From positions 83,877 to 135,850 of the IMG/VR virus record IMGVR_UViG_3300009117_000047: a stretch of DNA of 51,974 bases; one strand, 5' to 3'. Below the pieces are notes generated by a model. It saw only the letters and a list, made by a program, of their open reading frames with translations, ran no database searches and had not been told where the DNA came from. Below, in pieces: positions 40,001 through 49,445 of the stretch (within the stretch, counting starts at the first letter, position 1; each line of letters opens with the position of its first letter). The DNA is from a virus. A program made the position numbers and the translations under genes.

Positions 40001-41132
40001 TTTATCAGATTTCAAAAACGATTATATAGATGTAGAAAAATCAATTAATGAAAAAACCAAAGACATAGAAACAATTACCACAGAATTAGCTAATCATCTT
40101 GACACTGAGTTCACCAGAATTATTAAGTCATTTGAAGATATGACTAAAGCTATTGGTGGAGCATTTGGTATTGAAGTCACAGATGAGGCTAACAAAGAAA
40201 GCATCCCAACTCCTGCTTCCGAATCAAAACAAAAATCATCAACTAGCTTTTGGGATAAAATTGTTGGTAAGGTAACGGGAGTATTTGATTTATTAACAGG
40301 TAGTACGTCTAATAATACTAGCACGTTAGAAGAAAACAATACCAACTTAAAAACTTCGTCTAGCACACAAAAGACCAATACTGATGAAGTTAAGAACAAT
40401 TCAACAAACGTAAAAAGTAATAGCACTTACGTTGATGCGAATAGTACCAAATTATCCGATAATAGCTCATCTGTTGACACAAATAGTGATAACGTCGAAA
40501 CATTAAACGATACGCTGGTTACTTCGACTGACAAGATTGTTAAAGCCGCAGAAACTGTAGCAACTGCTAAAGAGTCTAAATCTGAAGATGGTGATTCTAG
40601 TTCAAGTGGTAGCTCAAGCTCCAGCAGAAGTGGCAGTAGTGTTATTGGTAAAGTTATTAGCGGAATTGGCAAAGTAATTGGTGGATTAACCAAACGTCAC
40701 TCTGGTGGTATTATTGGCGATACCTCCGATAAGTCTAAAGCGTTGTTTGAACTTTCAAACCAGAAACTTAAATCAGATGAAGAAGTTATAGTCGGACAGA
40801 GCGGAGAACTTGTTTTAACGAAAGAACAACAGAGTAATATTGTAGACAGATTGAACCAAATGTCAGCTTATGACCAATCGTTATTTTCAAGTTTATCTTC
40901 TAACTTGGGTAATTACACTGGTTATTTGCCAAACAATTTCAATGTTCCCACTGGTACAATTAGTGATTATAGCGTTAATGGTAATAGTAATAAAAACACA
41001 GTACCACAGCAAACTATTCATATTGCGAATGTAAACTTCTCAGATATTCAAGAAGTAAAACAGATTCAGGAAGCAATTCTTACGTTGCCTCAATATGTAG
41101 CACAAAAATCAACCAGTGGATACAATAGATAA
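37044..41132 (+). CDS. Tape measure protein, exon 4 (1362 aa, coiled-coil C-terminal part)
   Basis: Long coiled coil, hydrophobic TMP segment, C-terminal HSGGIIG...GELVLT motif; no SD sequence before ATG 37047, consistent with an exon. Confidence 0.82.
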   Translation, partial: SMLSSFKGKDILGGMNKETYLTELENKLNGNIVSFNKWKNALPTKELQDFATKAKTNGGVISDFDSYVKKSSQGLKGLSSSFGATAKSIALNMGVMLAITLAIKGIAMAFDAVNVTFAEQKDKVDGLTEGYNSLKTELDDLKSKNPSKLTSSEKERMNYLEHRLELEKQLLDIENRKLADSAIYGKGDITSGGIQATTANLNSEFILSGGVIDSNIEKLNNLKTSFQNLDTSSPNFKQRLEDLNAREQKINDTLEERKNKYIELESGYLKNAEDIRSYIDAGVYSNDKKALEDAKSLMDYNLKQADLVKQRIFEIEGTIGNEDFFSSAVFKTVESDLKELAKQGKLTSDALADNKYSELNELMKSLGISIEDLVKKLNGVSDSEQAFSPLTSAINEYEDAISAIPEKLAEIEEIQDKVNDGYSYSYDEIEKLRAKYPELESAIYRTADGWGIEKEAVDLLHGSVGDLGEQYKTVQSVMTEALNSDVATRLSNLGIELEGIKTIADAYAAIAGARQKAGGATPLSNGAAGATLPSKDADLSKLINISAYSQDAINFGKEAERLSALQEKLKDLQSGRVSGGSPSKSKSSKETEAYKAQIDAYAKLQAELDKIQADISANEKKFNDTKDDKEKIYLLQQRIALTQQEQVALHNLNNARDKEIANNVKLLQQKGFDVSYNPDSNNLEISNLEHLNDLKGKNQEKTNDLIKEYEELIKSTQSLNEENKKSSTSWWDSYYNLSKYKDEIKDLNEEIYNKEVDNQEHLLELLSSVSGTESQQIAIREDMQKRALQRRQELINDDYSLHVEEIRKLENDWKSYYDKVLELQKQQLENEKKLLEQQKSDRDSALSAITSAIDDEISKLQKEKDALSEANDERERKLKLQELEANAEKARSQKTAYIYRENKGFTYEADQTAITDANNAINDYKAEQALKDKQKALQDEIDSLQEYKSKWEEVANAVEEQENKQKAAMLLGSNWKSKIIGQDTTVLSDFKNDYIDVEKSINEKTKDIETITTELANHLDTEFTRIIKSFEDMTKAIGGAFGIEVTDEANKESIPTPASESKQKSSTSFWDKIVGKVTGVFDLLTGSTSNNTSTLEENNTNLKTSSSTQKTNTDEVKNNSTNVKSNSTYVDANSTKLSDNSSSVDTNSDNVETLNDTLVTSTDKIVKAAETVATAKESKSEDGDSSSSGSSSSSRSGSSVIGKVISGIGKVIGGLTKRHSGGIIGDTSDKSKALFELSNQKLKSDEEVIVGQSGELVLTKEQQSNIVDRLNQMSAYDQSLFSSLSSNLGNYTGYLPNNFNVPTGTISDYSVNGNSNKNTVPQQTIHIANVNFSDIQEVKQIQEAILTLPQYVAQKSTSGYNR

Positions 41133-41146
41133 TTTAGCATTGATTT

Positions 41147-41181
41147 AAAGGACAGGTATTTAATTATATCTGTCCTTTTTT
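41147..41181 (+). terminator. Intrinsic terminator after the TMP gene
   Basis: AAAGGACAG...CTGTCCTTTTTT. Confidence 0.75.
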
Positions 41182-41197
41182 GAATGGAGGTGAAAGT

Positions 41198-42415
41198 TTG
41201 AATAAATATAAAGAAGCTTTAGCCAATTCTATGCAAAATTCTGCGAATAGTGAAGTTTCTAAAAATGAAATACCTAGTTTTACCACTGGAAGAATCATAG
41301 GTACTTCTGGTGAAAAATATATAGTAGAAACTAGAGGTGGGCAATATACGATTCCATCTGTAAATGGCGCAACTTTTTTAACAAATAAAACAGTATGGAT
41401 ATGTCAACCTCATGGATCAACAGACGTTAGTGAACAGTTTATCATTGGTGGTAAAGTTGATTCTGGAACAATAATTGGTAAGGTGGATTCTGTAAATGGT
41501 AAAACTGGAATCGTAAACATTGACAAAACGGATATTGGTTTAGGTAATGTTGATAATGCTAAACAAGCGACTAAAACAGAATTTGATAATCATGCTAATA
41601 ATGCTGGTATCCATGTTAGCCCTACCAAAGAGGCTTTGTGGAACACTGTATCAGATAAAGCAGATAAAACAAGTGTTTTAACGCCTGTGCCTGAAAATGC
41701 TGTATTTACTGATACGGTATATACACATCCCCTCACCCATCCAGCAACCATGATTGTTGAAGATGAAAATCATAGATTCGTAACAGACGCAGAAAAAAAC
41801 ACATGGGATAATAGTAATCATACTCATAATAATTTATCTTTGTTGCAAACCATAACTCAAGCTCTGGTAGATGGATGGAATAGTGCTGTGACTCATATTT
41901 CAGATGTAGTCAAGCATATCACGTCAGCAGAAAGAACGCTTTGGAATACTGTGAGTAATAAAGTTGATAAAGTTACTGGAAAAGGACTATCTACAGAGGA
42001 TTATACCTCTGCTGAAAAAGTAAAATTAACTGGAATTGCTGAAAATGCTAATAATTATGTTCATCCTTCTACTCATCCATCAACCATGATAACAGGACTA
42101 GATATTTATGCCACGATAGAATATGTCGATAACACCATTGGAGGTGGAGGTTCTAGTGACGGAGCTTTAATATTTAATAAAATCACTAATCAGATAGGAG
42201 TTAAAACAATTGAAAGTGTTGTTGGTTCAAGCTATATAACACAAGCAAAACAATCTTCCTCTAATTTATTGTTGGCAGATAAAACAGAATCAAAAGTATC
42301 AGATTCATATGTGACAGTTATCAGAGTTTATGAATCAGATGGTACAACAATCAAACAAACATTCACTAAAACAGAAAGTAAAAATGGAAGCAATTATGAA
42401 ACAATAGTTACATAA
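41198..42415 (+). CDS. Tail fibre/spike-like structural protein with internal repeats
   Basis: VDSVNGKTG..IGLGNVDN, HPxTHPxTMI twice, LWNTVSxKxDK twice, KGLSTEDYT fibre motifs; TTG 41198 behind GGAGGTG. Confidence 0.7.
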   Translation: MNKYKEALANSMQNSANSEVSKNEIPSFTTGRIIGTSGEKYIVETRGGQYTIPSVNGATFLTNKTVWICQPHGSTDVSEQFIIGGKVDSGTIIGKVDSVNGKTGIVNIDKTDIGLGNVDNAKQATKTEFDNHANNAGIHVSPTKEALWNTVSDKADKTSVLTPVPENAVFTDTVYTHPLTHPATMIVEDENHRFVTDAEKNTWDNSNHTHNNLSLLQTITQALVDGWNSAVTHISDVVKHITSAERTLWNTVSNKVDKVTGKGLSTEDYTSAEKVKLTGIAENANNYVHPSTHPSTMITGLDIYATIEYVDNTIGGGGSSDGALIFNKITNQIGVKTIESVVGSSYITQAKQSSSNLLLADKTESKVSDSYVTVIRVYESDGTTIKQTFTKTESKNGSNYETIVT

Positions 42416-42430
42416 AGAAAGGAGGTATAA

Positions 42431-43498
42431 ATGTCAGCACCAATTATAACAACAATTATTCCTTTTGACGCAACAAATGAATACATATTAAATTTTTCAT
42501 ATACTGGGTTCCAAGTTAGAAAAAACAGAATTATTATAAAAAATAATGCAACTAATTCTACAGTATTGGACGAAACGGTAACATCTACTCTATTAAGACA
42601 TATCATTTTAACTAATACATTAACAAATGGAACAACATATAATGTTCAAATTCAAGTTTATGATATAGATAATAATGCAAGTCCACTTAGTAATATGGTT
42701 GTATTTTCTTGTTTATCCACTCCCCTACTTTCATTTGCTAATGTAAGTGATGAAGATGTGTTGAAAGAATCTTATATAAATCTACAAATTAATTATAATC
42801 AGACGCAAGGAGAGCTACTAAACACATATGAAGTAAGATTATACAATTATTCAAAACAGCAAATATATAGTTCTGGAAGCGTGAGTGGAACAATTTCAGA
42901 GGTTATGATTGCTGGGTTAGAAGATAATTCGCAATATTTCATAAGAGCAATTGGAGAAACGGTAAATCGTGTATCTGTGGATACTGGTTACGTTTCTTTT
43001 TTTTGTAAATATTTAAAGCCTTCAACATTTTCATTTGTAGCTTTAAGCAATAACGAAAAAGAAGCGTCTGTATCTGTGTCATCAAATATCATTTCAATTG
43101 AAGGTATTATCAATGGAACACCAATTTATATTGACAATACCATGATTGATTTAACCACAAATGGGAAAGTCGTAATGTTTAATGAAGCATTTAGTTTAAA
43201 TGGTGACTTTACATTACATATTCAAGGAAGAAATTTTACTGATTATTCTGAGTTTCTTATATTAAAAGACAAGGTGACGACTAAACAAATCAAGTTAAAA
43301 TGGCTTACGTTATTAAATCCAGATACCAGAATTGCTGAGAAGAAGTACGGTAAATTAGAAGCAGATGGTCAATTTGGTTTATATGTTTTATTTACTGATA
43401 GAATAGATATTCCATTATCAACTGATATAATTCATTTTTGGATTAGAAGAGTTAATGACTCTTATGAATTTAAAATTTCAAATAAAGGAGGTGCTTAA
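42431..43498 (+). CDS. Tail tip protein with FN3-like domains
   Basis: LTNGTTYNVQIQV and GLEDNSQYFIR FN3-like strands; tail-tip synteny. Confidence 0.6.
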   Translation: MSAPIITTIIPFDATNEYILNFSYTGFQVRKNRIIIKNNATNSTVLDETVTSTLLRHIILTNTLTNGTTYNVQIQVYDIDNNASPLSNMVVFSCLSTPLLSFANVSDEDVLKESYINLQINYNQTQGELLNTYEVRLYNYSKQQIYSSGSVSGTISEVMIAGLEDNSQYFIRAIGETVNRVSVDTGYVSFFCKYLKPSTFSFVALSNNEKEASVSVSSNIISIEGIINGTPIYIDNTMIDLTTNGKVVMFNEAFSLNGDFTLHIQGRNFTDYSEFLILKDKVTTKQIKLKWLTLLNPDTRIAEKKYGKLEADGQFGLYVLFTDRIDIPLSTDIIHFWIRRVNDSYEFKISNKGGA

Positions 43499-43500
43499 TT

Positions 43501-44412
43501 ATGTTTTTCGGTATGAGTTTTATTGGGTCAGCAAATTCTAATTTTGCATCTCCAATTTATCGAGATGATATAGATTATGTTGAAATTAAAAACGGAATAT
43601 TTGATGATTTATATTTAACGGCTAATATAACAGATAATTATACTGCCACTATTCCTACCATTTGGGATTACGATACTATTTTACATGCTAATTTTAACGG
43701 AAACTTATTTGCTGGAAACTCTGATTTTACAGTAGAAACTACATCTCATCTGAGAGTTAAAAGACGAAAAAAAGGTACATATAAATGGACGACATTATTT
43801 GAAATCCCAGTTAATAAAAAAGAAGATTTTAGTTTTACAAGAATAGATAAATATGCTAGAGGAAAAACAAATTACGAATATGCGATAGTTCCTGTTTTGA
43901 ACAACACAGAAGGCAACTATAACATTTCAAATATTGAAACCTTATTTGAAGGCATTTTTATTGTTGACGCAAACAAGATTTATCATAGCAAATATAATAT
44001 TGAACCAATCAATACCAAAAGATCAAATCCATCTACTATTGTAGTTCCAATTGACCGTGAATACCCATTTGTCGTAACTAATGGAGTTACAAAAAAATCT
44101 AATAGTAGTAAGATTACTGCCACATTTATCGAAGAAAGTGTAGATGGAGAAGATACAGCTTTTAACTTTGAAAGAGCATGGGAGTATAGAGATGGATTTA
44201 AAGATTGGTTATTGAATGGACTTCCAAAAATTATTAAATATGATGATGGTAGAATGTGGCTAGTTATGATTACTGGCGATATTGACGATGACAACGATGG
44301 GCATTGGGACAATGTTAAGACAACATTTGAATTTACTGAAACTGGTAATTGTGAGTCTAATAATGATTTATATAATAACGGTTTAATTGATGTTTATATG
44401 AATGGAGAGTGA
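43501..44412 (+). CDS. Distal tail (Dit)-like protein
   Basis: FKDWLLNGLPKIIKYDDGRMWLV and C-terminal FEFTETG, Dit-like pattern. Confidence 0.6.
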   Translation: MFFGMSFIGSANSNFASPIYRDDIDYVEIKNGIFDDLYLTANITDNYTATIPTIWDYDTILHANFNGNLFAGNSDFTVETTSHLRVKRRKKGTYKWTTLFEIPVNKKEDFSFTRIDKYARGKTNYEYAIVPVLNNTEGNYNISNIETLFEGIFIVDANKIYHSKYNIEPINTKRSNPSTIVVPIDREYPFVVTNGVTKKSNSSKITATFIEESVDGEDTAFNFERAWEYRDGFKDWLLNGLPKIIKYDDGRMWLVMITGDIDDDNDGHWDNVKTTFEFTETGNCESNNDLYNNGLIDVYMNGE

Positions 44413-44417
44413 TGATT

Positions 44418-45896
44418 ATGTATTATCCTACAAGCGAAGATATTATCATGCTCAACCAATCATCTAAAACTGTTTATATATGGGTCAATATGTTGAACCT
44501 TAATTTCCAATTAGTTGATACTATCGAAGGAAAAATAATAGAAGATAGCTTCTCATTTGATGCTACATCTGATGTTAGAAGAACTTATAATGTTACGTTT
44601 CATGTTGCTGATAGCAGTTTTGCTATTGGTATAGATACAAAGATATGGATGGATAAATACTTAGAAATCTATATTGGTGTTAAAAATGTAAGAACAAATG
44701 AAATACATAAATATCCTATGGGAATTTATGCTATGGAAGATGCAAATACAAATTATTCCGTAGACTCCTCTACCCTATCTTTATCTTGTAGTGATTTAGT
44801 TACGATGCTTAACGGTACAGTTAGTGGGCAATTAAGGATAAAAACAATTATTACAGAAGGTTCTAACATTAGAAGTTCTATGATTGACACAGTAACTAAT
44901 TTAGGTGGATTTATCAAATATAGAATTAGTGCAATGGATAAAACAGTTCCTTATGATTTGGAGTTTGCGGCAGGAGCAACGGTATGGGAAATTATATCTA
45001 AACTTAGAGATTTATACGCAGGTTGGGAAACATTTTTTGATACTGACGGCACATTTGTGTGTCAGCCAATACCCACTTGCGAAAACGACCCAGTTATATT
45101 TTCTAGCTATCAATTATCTCCACTAGTAATTAGTGAGTCGGTTAATTCTAGTTTGAAAGACGTAAAGAATGTGACTAGAGTTTATGGAAAATGCTTGGAT
45201 TCGAGTTATTATACAGAATCGGTTACTGGCTCTGGTAGTAGCTATAATCTAACTTTTACGGTAGACCCAAGTCCATCAACTGGCACAACAATTGCCTTTA
45301 AATGTAATGTTAATAATTCAAGTGGATTCACAATCATTTTTGGTGGCACAACGTATCCTGTTGTTGATGACGATGATAACCCAATTGCCTCAAATGTCTT
45401 ACAAGCCAATTCAAGCTACGTATTTAGATACAGGAGTGGCAAGTTTTATTATCAAGGACAATGGCAAATAATAGGAATTACAAAAGAAGTATTGACTCAG
45501 CCAACTCAAGTTCAAATAGAAGCAGATTACCTAAAAGAAAATTGTAGAAATATTAAATATGCGGTAAACCCAGATTCTCCATATACTATTGAACGAATCG
45601 GAGAAAGGTTAAATGTTTGTAGTGGTGGGGATTTTGATAAAATTTATAGCGAACCTTTAGCTTTACAGAGGTCTGAATATGAAAACTGGCTAAAAACTAG
45701 AATGGTTGATACGGTAACGCTAGAAATGATGTTAGTACCTTGGTTAAACATGAATGAGAAAATTGAGTACACATTAAAACAAAGAAAAGAAACATATCAA
45801 TTTATCACAAAAAAAATGAGTGGATCGGTAAGTAAGTGGACAATGAGCTTAGAAATATCTAGGTTCTTCCCTCTTTATCCGTTCATTACTACATAG
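44418..45896 (+). CDS. Baseplate hub / tail-associated (Tal-like) protein
   Basis: SDVRRT, ETFFDTDGTF, LVPWL..NEKIEY motifs; follows the Dit-like gene. Confidence 0.6.
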   Translation: MYYPTSEDIIMLNQSSKTVYIWVNMLNLNFQLVDTIEGKIIEDSFSFDATSDVRRTYNVTFHVADSSFAIGIDTKIWMDKYLEIYIGVKNVRTNEIHKYPMGIYAMEDANTNYSVDSSTLSLSCSDLVTMLNGTVSGQLRIKTIITEGSNIRSSMIDTVTNLGGFIKYRISAMDKTVPYDLEFAAGATVWEIISKLRDLYAGWETFFDTDGTFVCQPIPTCENDPVIFSSYQLSPLVISESVNSSLKDVKNVTRVYGKCLDSSYYTESVTGSGSSYNLTFTVDPSPSTGTTIAFKCNVNNSSGFTIIFGGTTYPVVDDDDNPIASNVLQANSSYVFRYRSGKFYYQGQWQIIGITKEVLTQPTQVQIEADYLKENCRNIKYAVNPDSPYTIERIGERLNVCSGGDFDKIYSEPLALQRSEYENWLKTRMVDTVTLEMMLVPWLNMNEKIEYTLKQRKETYQFITKKMSGSVSKWTMSLEISRFFPLYPFITT

Positions 45897-45911
45897 AAAA
45901 GGAGGTATTAA

Positions 45912-46895
45912 ATGTCAGTTACATACAATGATTTAACTAGTACCCTATTCCCAGAAGGAGTAGATACACTAGAACTTTATCAGGAATTGACAACAGCACA
46001 AAAAGCAATAGTTGTTGATTGGAATGCATTGATTGCGCAAAAAAGATTTACTGAAGCTGATGCATTAATGGCGGCAAATCCAGACTTGGCAAAGTCGTTT
46101 CCTACCGCTGAAAAATGGAATAAGACAATGGAAAGTATTATTGCCGTTCAGAGATTTTTTAAAGACAGCGTATTCACATATATCCAAGATACGGGCGTAG
46201 ATGTAAAAGAATTTATTTTAAGTGCAGTTAAATATAAAGGGAATTTTTCACCAAGTGTTTTATATGGATTGTATAATTTGGTCTATTATGAAACAACAGA
46301 CGAAGAAACTGGTAAAACTATTGATGCCTATATGTCTTATAAAGAAACAATCCCAATTGGAACATTACCGACAAATACATCTTATTGGTTTCCAGTAACC
46401 CTTAGAGGTAATATGGGAGCTAGCGGGGTCGGTCTTTCATTTAGAAAAAATTGGGATTACACAAAACAATATTATGAAAACGATATTGTCCTTCATGATG
46501 GTGATTTATGGTATGCAAAACAAGACAATATAAACAGTGCTCCAATATTAGGTTCAGCTAATTGGGAAGTTTTTTATGAACTAAAACAGACAACCGTTTC
46601 TATTATTATGATAGATGGAAAGCCATTGTCGGAAGGTTTAGCCTGTGCGGCGTTCAGCAATCCTATGTTGTTTAAAGGAATATTTGTAACAGAAGCCACC
46701 ATTACGGGTGGTTATTTTTATGAATTAAGATTTAATGAAACAAATAAATTAATCGCTGATAGCACTGAAACCAAGAGTGGAGAAGATTATATAACCACAA
46801 TAAAGCTTTATAAAACAGATGGTACAACGATAGATAAAACAATAACCAAAACAGAAACAAAGGTTAGTGGAGTTTATAAAACAATTATAGCGTAA
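45912..46895 (+). CDS. Tail tip / receptor-binding-associated protein
   Basis: Two short carbohydrate-binding-like modules (W....Y...D.V...G..W; P....YW); C-domain shared with the 41198 protein. Confidence 0.6.
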   Translation: MSVTYNDLTSTLFPEGVDTLELYQELTTAQKAIVVDWNALIAQKRFTEADALMAANPDLAKSFPTAEKWNKTMESIIAVQRFFKDSVFTYIQDTGVDVKEFILSAVKYKGNFSPSVLYGLYNLVYYETTDEETGKTIDAYMSYKETIPIGTLPTNTSYWFPVTLRGNMGASGVGLSFRKNWDYTKQYYENDIVLHDGDLWYAKQDNINSAPILGSANWEVFYELKQTTVSIIMIDGKPLSEGLACAAFSNPMLFKGIFVTEATITGGYFYELRFNETNKLIADSTETKSGEDYITTIKLYKTDGTTIDKTITKTETKVSGVYKTIIA

Positions 46896-47025
46896 ACATT
46901 AAAATTGCAAACTATATATAGTATTTTATAATCATATAAACGCAATATGTAGTGTATATAACCAGATAAAAATTATTTTTATTTAAAGAGTGAAAATGGA
47001 ATGAAATAGAAAGGGAAGTGATTTA

Positions 47026-47475
47026 ATGAATAGGCTTTTGTTGGATGATAGCATAAGAAAAGCTAAGTATGATAACGATATAATTCAGGCTTCAGCAAAT
47101 AGGATTTATTATTCTGCGACCAATTTAAGTAATGCAGAAACGGAAGTTTTAAATATAAGTGGAGAAGGAGTAGTTCAAGGTATTTTTGTATATGCTCCAA
47201 CAGGGACAACAATGGTTAAAGTGTATATAGATGACGTCTTGTATTTTAATTTCGGAAGAAGTGCTGGATCTACTGGCTATAGCGGAATAGTGTTTGGTAG
47301 AAACGGGTATGATTTTTTATCAGATTTAAGACCATTTATTAGTGGTACTACTATCCCTAACGGGGTAAATGTACCCAATGTTTTAAGTTTTGGTAGAAAT
47401 TTAAAAATTATGGCACATTCGACTGTTAGTGATAGTGACCATAAAATTAATATTCAATATGGATTAGTGGGGTGA
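47026..47475 (+). CDS. Beta-rich tail-associated protein
   Basis: VLNISGEG...KVYIDD...F...LKI motif; RBS upstream. Confidence 0.6.
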   Translation: MNRLLLDDSIRKAKYDNDIIQASANRIYYSATNLSNAETEVLNISGEGVVQGIFVYAPTGTTMVKVYIDDVLYFNFGRSAGSTGYSGIVFGRNGYDFLSDLRPFISGTTIPNGVNVPNVLSFGRNLKIMAHSTVSDSDHKINIQYGLVG

Positions 47476-47479
47476 TAAA

Positions 47480-47674
47480 ATGCTTGAAATTATTAATGAA
47501 GAAACTATTGACGGATATAAAATCATTACTTATTCAAATGGGGCAGTTGTAAAACAAATCTTAAATGCAACAAGTGAAGTTCCTGTACCAGAACCAACAC
47601 CGCAAGATATACTTGATGCCACAACCACAGCAAAATTAAACAAAATATTATTACTGTTAGGAGGGGCTGTATAA
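47480..47674 (+). CDS. Small tail fibre chaperone-like protein (XkdW-like position)
   Basis: PEPTPQD motif; precedes the XkdX-like gene. Confidence 0.55.
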   Translation: MLEIINEETIDGYKIITYSNGAVVKQILNATSEVPVPEPTPQDILDATTTAKLNKILLLLGGAV

Positions 47675-47675
47675 A

Positions 47676-47936
47676 ATGTTTGAAAATTATAAAAATTATT
47701 ATGAATGGGGTTTAATAACTAAAAATGACGTTGCTATTGCTGTAGCATTAAAAGAGGATGGTCTAACAGCAGAACAATATAAAACTATAACTGGTGAAGA
47801 TTATGTTGCTCCTACAGTAACATCAGTAATCACAGAAATAAAAGAAAAAATTAGTGATAATGAGTTTGCAATTAATTTAACTGGGGCGGCAGTAGTAGAT
47901 AGAATTGAAGACATTGAAGGAAAGTTAAATACATAA
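47676..47936 (+). CDS. XkdX family protein
   Basis: YYEWGL...V...LTAEQYKTITGEDY. Confidence 0.8.
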   Translation: MFENYKNYYEWGLITKNDVAIAVALKEDGLTAEQYKTITGEDYVAPTVTSVITEIKEKISDNEFAINLTGAAVVDRIEDIEGKLNT

Positions 47937-47950
47937 GGAAGGAGCGTATA

Positions 47951-48307
47951 ATGAATTACTTTAAATACATATGTGAGAAAATAGTAGAGGGAATCATGCA
48001 AAAACTTTCAATTGCGATGTTAGCTATTTCATTTTGGGTCATTAATGCAGAGGGAATGTCTAGTGAGAATTTACAAAATATCATGAGGCAATTAGGATTT
48101 ACATTTAACGAATCAACAGCAATTTTAACAGTTGGCGAAACGCAATATACGATTAATGGATTACTTACTTATTGTATTGAATACGTATATCCAAACGAGA
48201 GAACACTTACTGCGGCAGCTTTGAAATGTATTATTAAGAAATGTGAAAATAGAGGTTATATCACTTCAACAGAAAGAACTACTTTAGATAATATGTTAGC
48301 AATATAA
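47951..48307 (+). CDS. Hypothetical protein
   Basis: RBS AAGGAG; 118 aa. Confidence 0.6.
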   Translation: MNYFKYICEKIVEGIMQKLSIAMLAISFWVINAEGMSSENLQNIMRQLGFTFNESTAILTVGETQYTINGLLTYCIEYVYPNERTLTAAALKCIIKKCENRGYITSTERTTLDNMLAI

Positions 48308-48348
48308 AATTAATATGAACATTTAAAACTGAAAAGGAGTGATATTAT

Positions 48349-48786
48349 TTGGGTAAAATCACAAGAACATTTAAACGCCATCGTTTTAAGATAGGTGTTT
48401 TTTTAATTCTAATGTCTTTTATTTTTGGAGCTTACGCTTATTATAATTCAAAATTAAACATCAATAGAATGGAATATAAAGATGTTCCAGTTATTGCAGA
48501 TTGTATAGATGGTATAGGCGAAAGCACATTAAATGAAGTAGTTGAAAACAAACCATATTCTGATTTAAAAGAGCTAAAACAGCTTGGTGGTATTGGAGAT
48601 AAAAAGTATAAAATAATGAAATCTCATTTTGATACACACGATATATGCAGAACGGAGATTTTTAATACCTCAATTATATTGTCAGTAATATCTAATATAT
48701 TTGGTTTTATCCTCGTATTCTACGATATTATAAAAAGAAAAATTGACGAAAAGGAACTAAGAGAAGCTATTGGATTAAGAAAGTAG
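48349..48786 (+). CDS. Two-TM membrane protein with ComEA-like helix-hairpin-helix domain
   Basis: TM - IDGIGE...KPYSDLKELKQLGGIGDKK - TM. Confidence 0.7.
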   Translation: MGKITRTFKRHRFKIGVFLILMSFIFGAYAYYNSKLNINRMEYKDVPVIADCIDGIGESTLNEVVENKPYSDLKELKQLGGIGDKKYKIMKSHFDTHDICRTEIFNTSIILSVISNIFGFILVFYDIIKRKIDEKELREAIGLRK

Positions 48787-48795
48787 GTGATACAT

Positions 48796-49038
48796 ATGAG
48801 TGATGTTGTATTGCTTGCTTTAATTAGTTTATGTGGTACTTCAATTGGTACTTTTGGGGGAATTTTAGTTTCAAACAAACTAACAAATTATAGAATTGAG
48901 CAATTAGAAAAAAAAGTAGACAAACATAATAACTTTGCTTCAAGACTTCCTGTGTTAGAAGAATGGAAAGAAAATGTTAATGAAAAATTTGATAGACTTG
49001 AGAGCGAAATAAGGGAGGTTGCTAGAAGACAAGTATAA
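48796..49038 (+). CDS. Holin-like / XhlA-like lysis membrane protein
   Basis: N-terminal TM then NKLTNYRIEQLEKKVDKHNN coiled coil. Confidence 0.7.
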   Translation: MSDVVLLALISLCGTSIGTFGGILVSNKLTNYRIEQLEKKVDKHNNFASRLPVLEEWKENVNEKFDRLESEIREVARRQV

Positions 49039-49052
49039 TGAGGTGATAAAAT

Positions 49053-49427
49053 TTGGGATTTACTATTTCATTTGATAAAAAGAAAAAAACAAGAAAACAG
49101 TTGGAAGAAGATATTGATAATAGCAAATATAAAGATTTTTCTAAAAAAATAGTTAATCATATAGAATTAATTGGCATTGCAGTATTAGGATTTTGTTGTT
49201 ATGAAATACATATTACAGGTGACATGACAGCCTTGCCAAACTTAATAGATGGAATAGTTAGACTTACTTATATCGTAGTCGCATCATATATGGTCAGGGC
49301 ATTATTCAAAGATAAGGCTAATATAGATATTTTCTTTTCAGCGCAATTAAGTAAGCTAAAGAAAAAATTTGGTGACAATTTTGTACAAGACAAAGTTGAA
49401 GGTATAGATACAAATATTATTGGGTAA
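49053..49427 (+). CDS. Two-TM membrane protein of the lysis cassette
   Basis: FSKKIV followed by two hydrophobic segments. Confidence 0.6.
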   Translation: MGFTISFDKKKKTRKQLEEDIDNSKYKDFSKKIVNHIELIGIAVLGFCCYEIHITGDMTALPNLIDGIVRLTYIVVASYMVRALFKDKANIDIFFSAQLSKLKKKFGDNFVQDKVEGIDTNIIG

Positions 49428-49445
49428 ATAAAAGGAGGATTTTAT

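Noticed and set aside
40200-40650. Ser/Thr/Asn-rich stretch in TMP exon 4
   Set aside because: Low-complexity protein region, frame open, no discrete DNA repeat unit.
41198-47475. Possible diversity-generating retroelement or invertible shufflon acting on tail genes
   Set aside because: No reverse transcriptase in the window, no adenine-specific TR/VR pair and no inverted cassettes; the repeats seen are diverged protein-level repeats.
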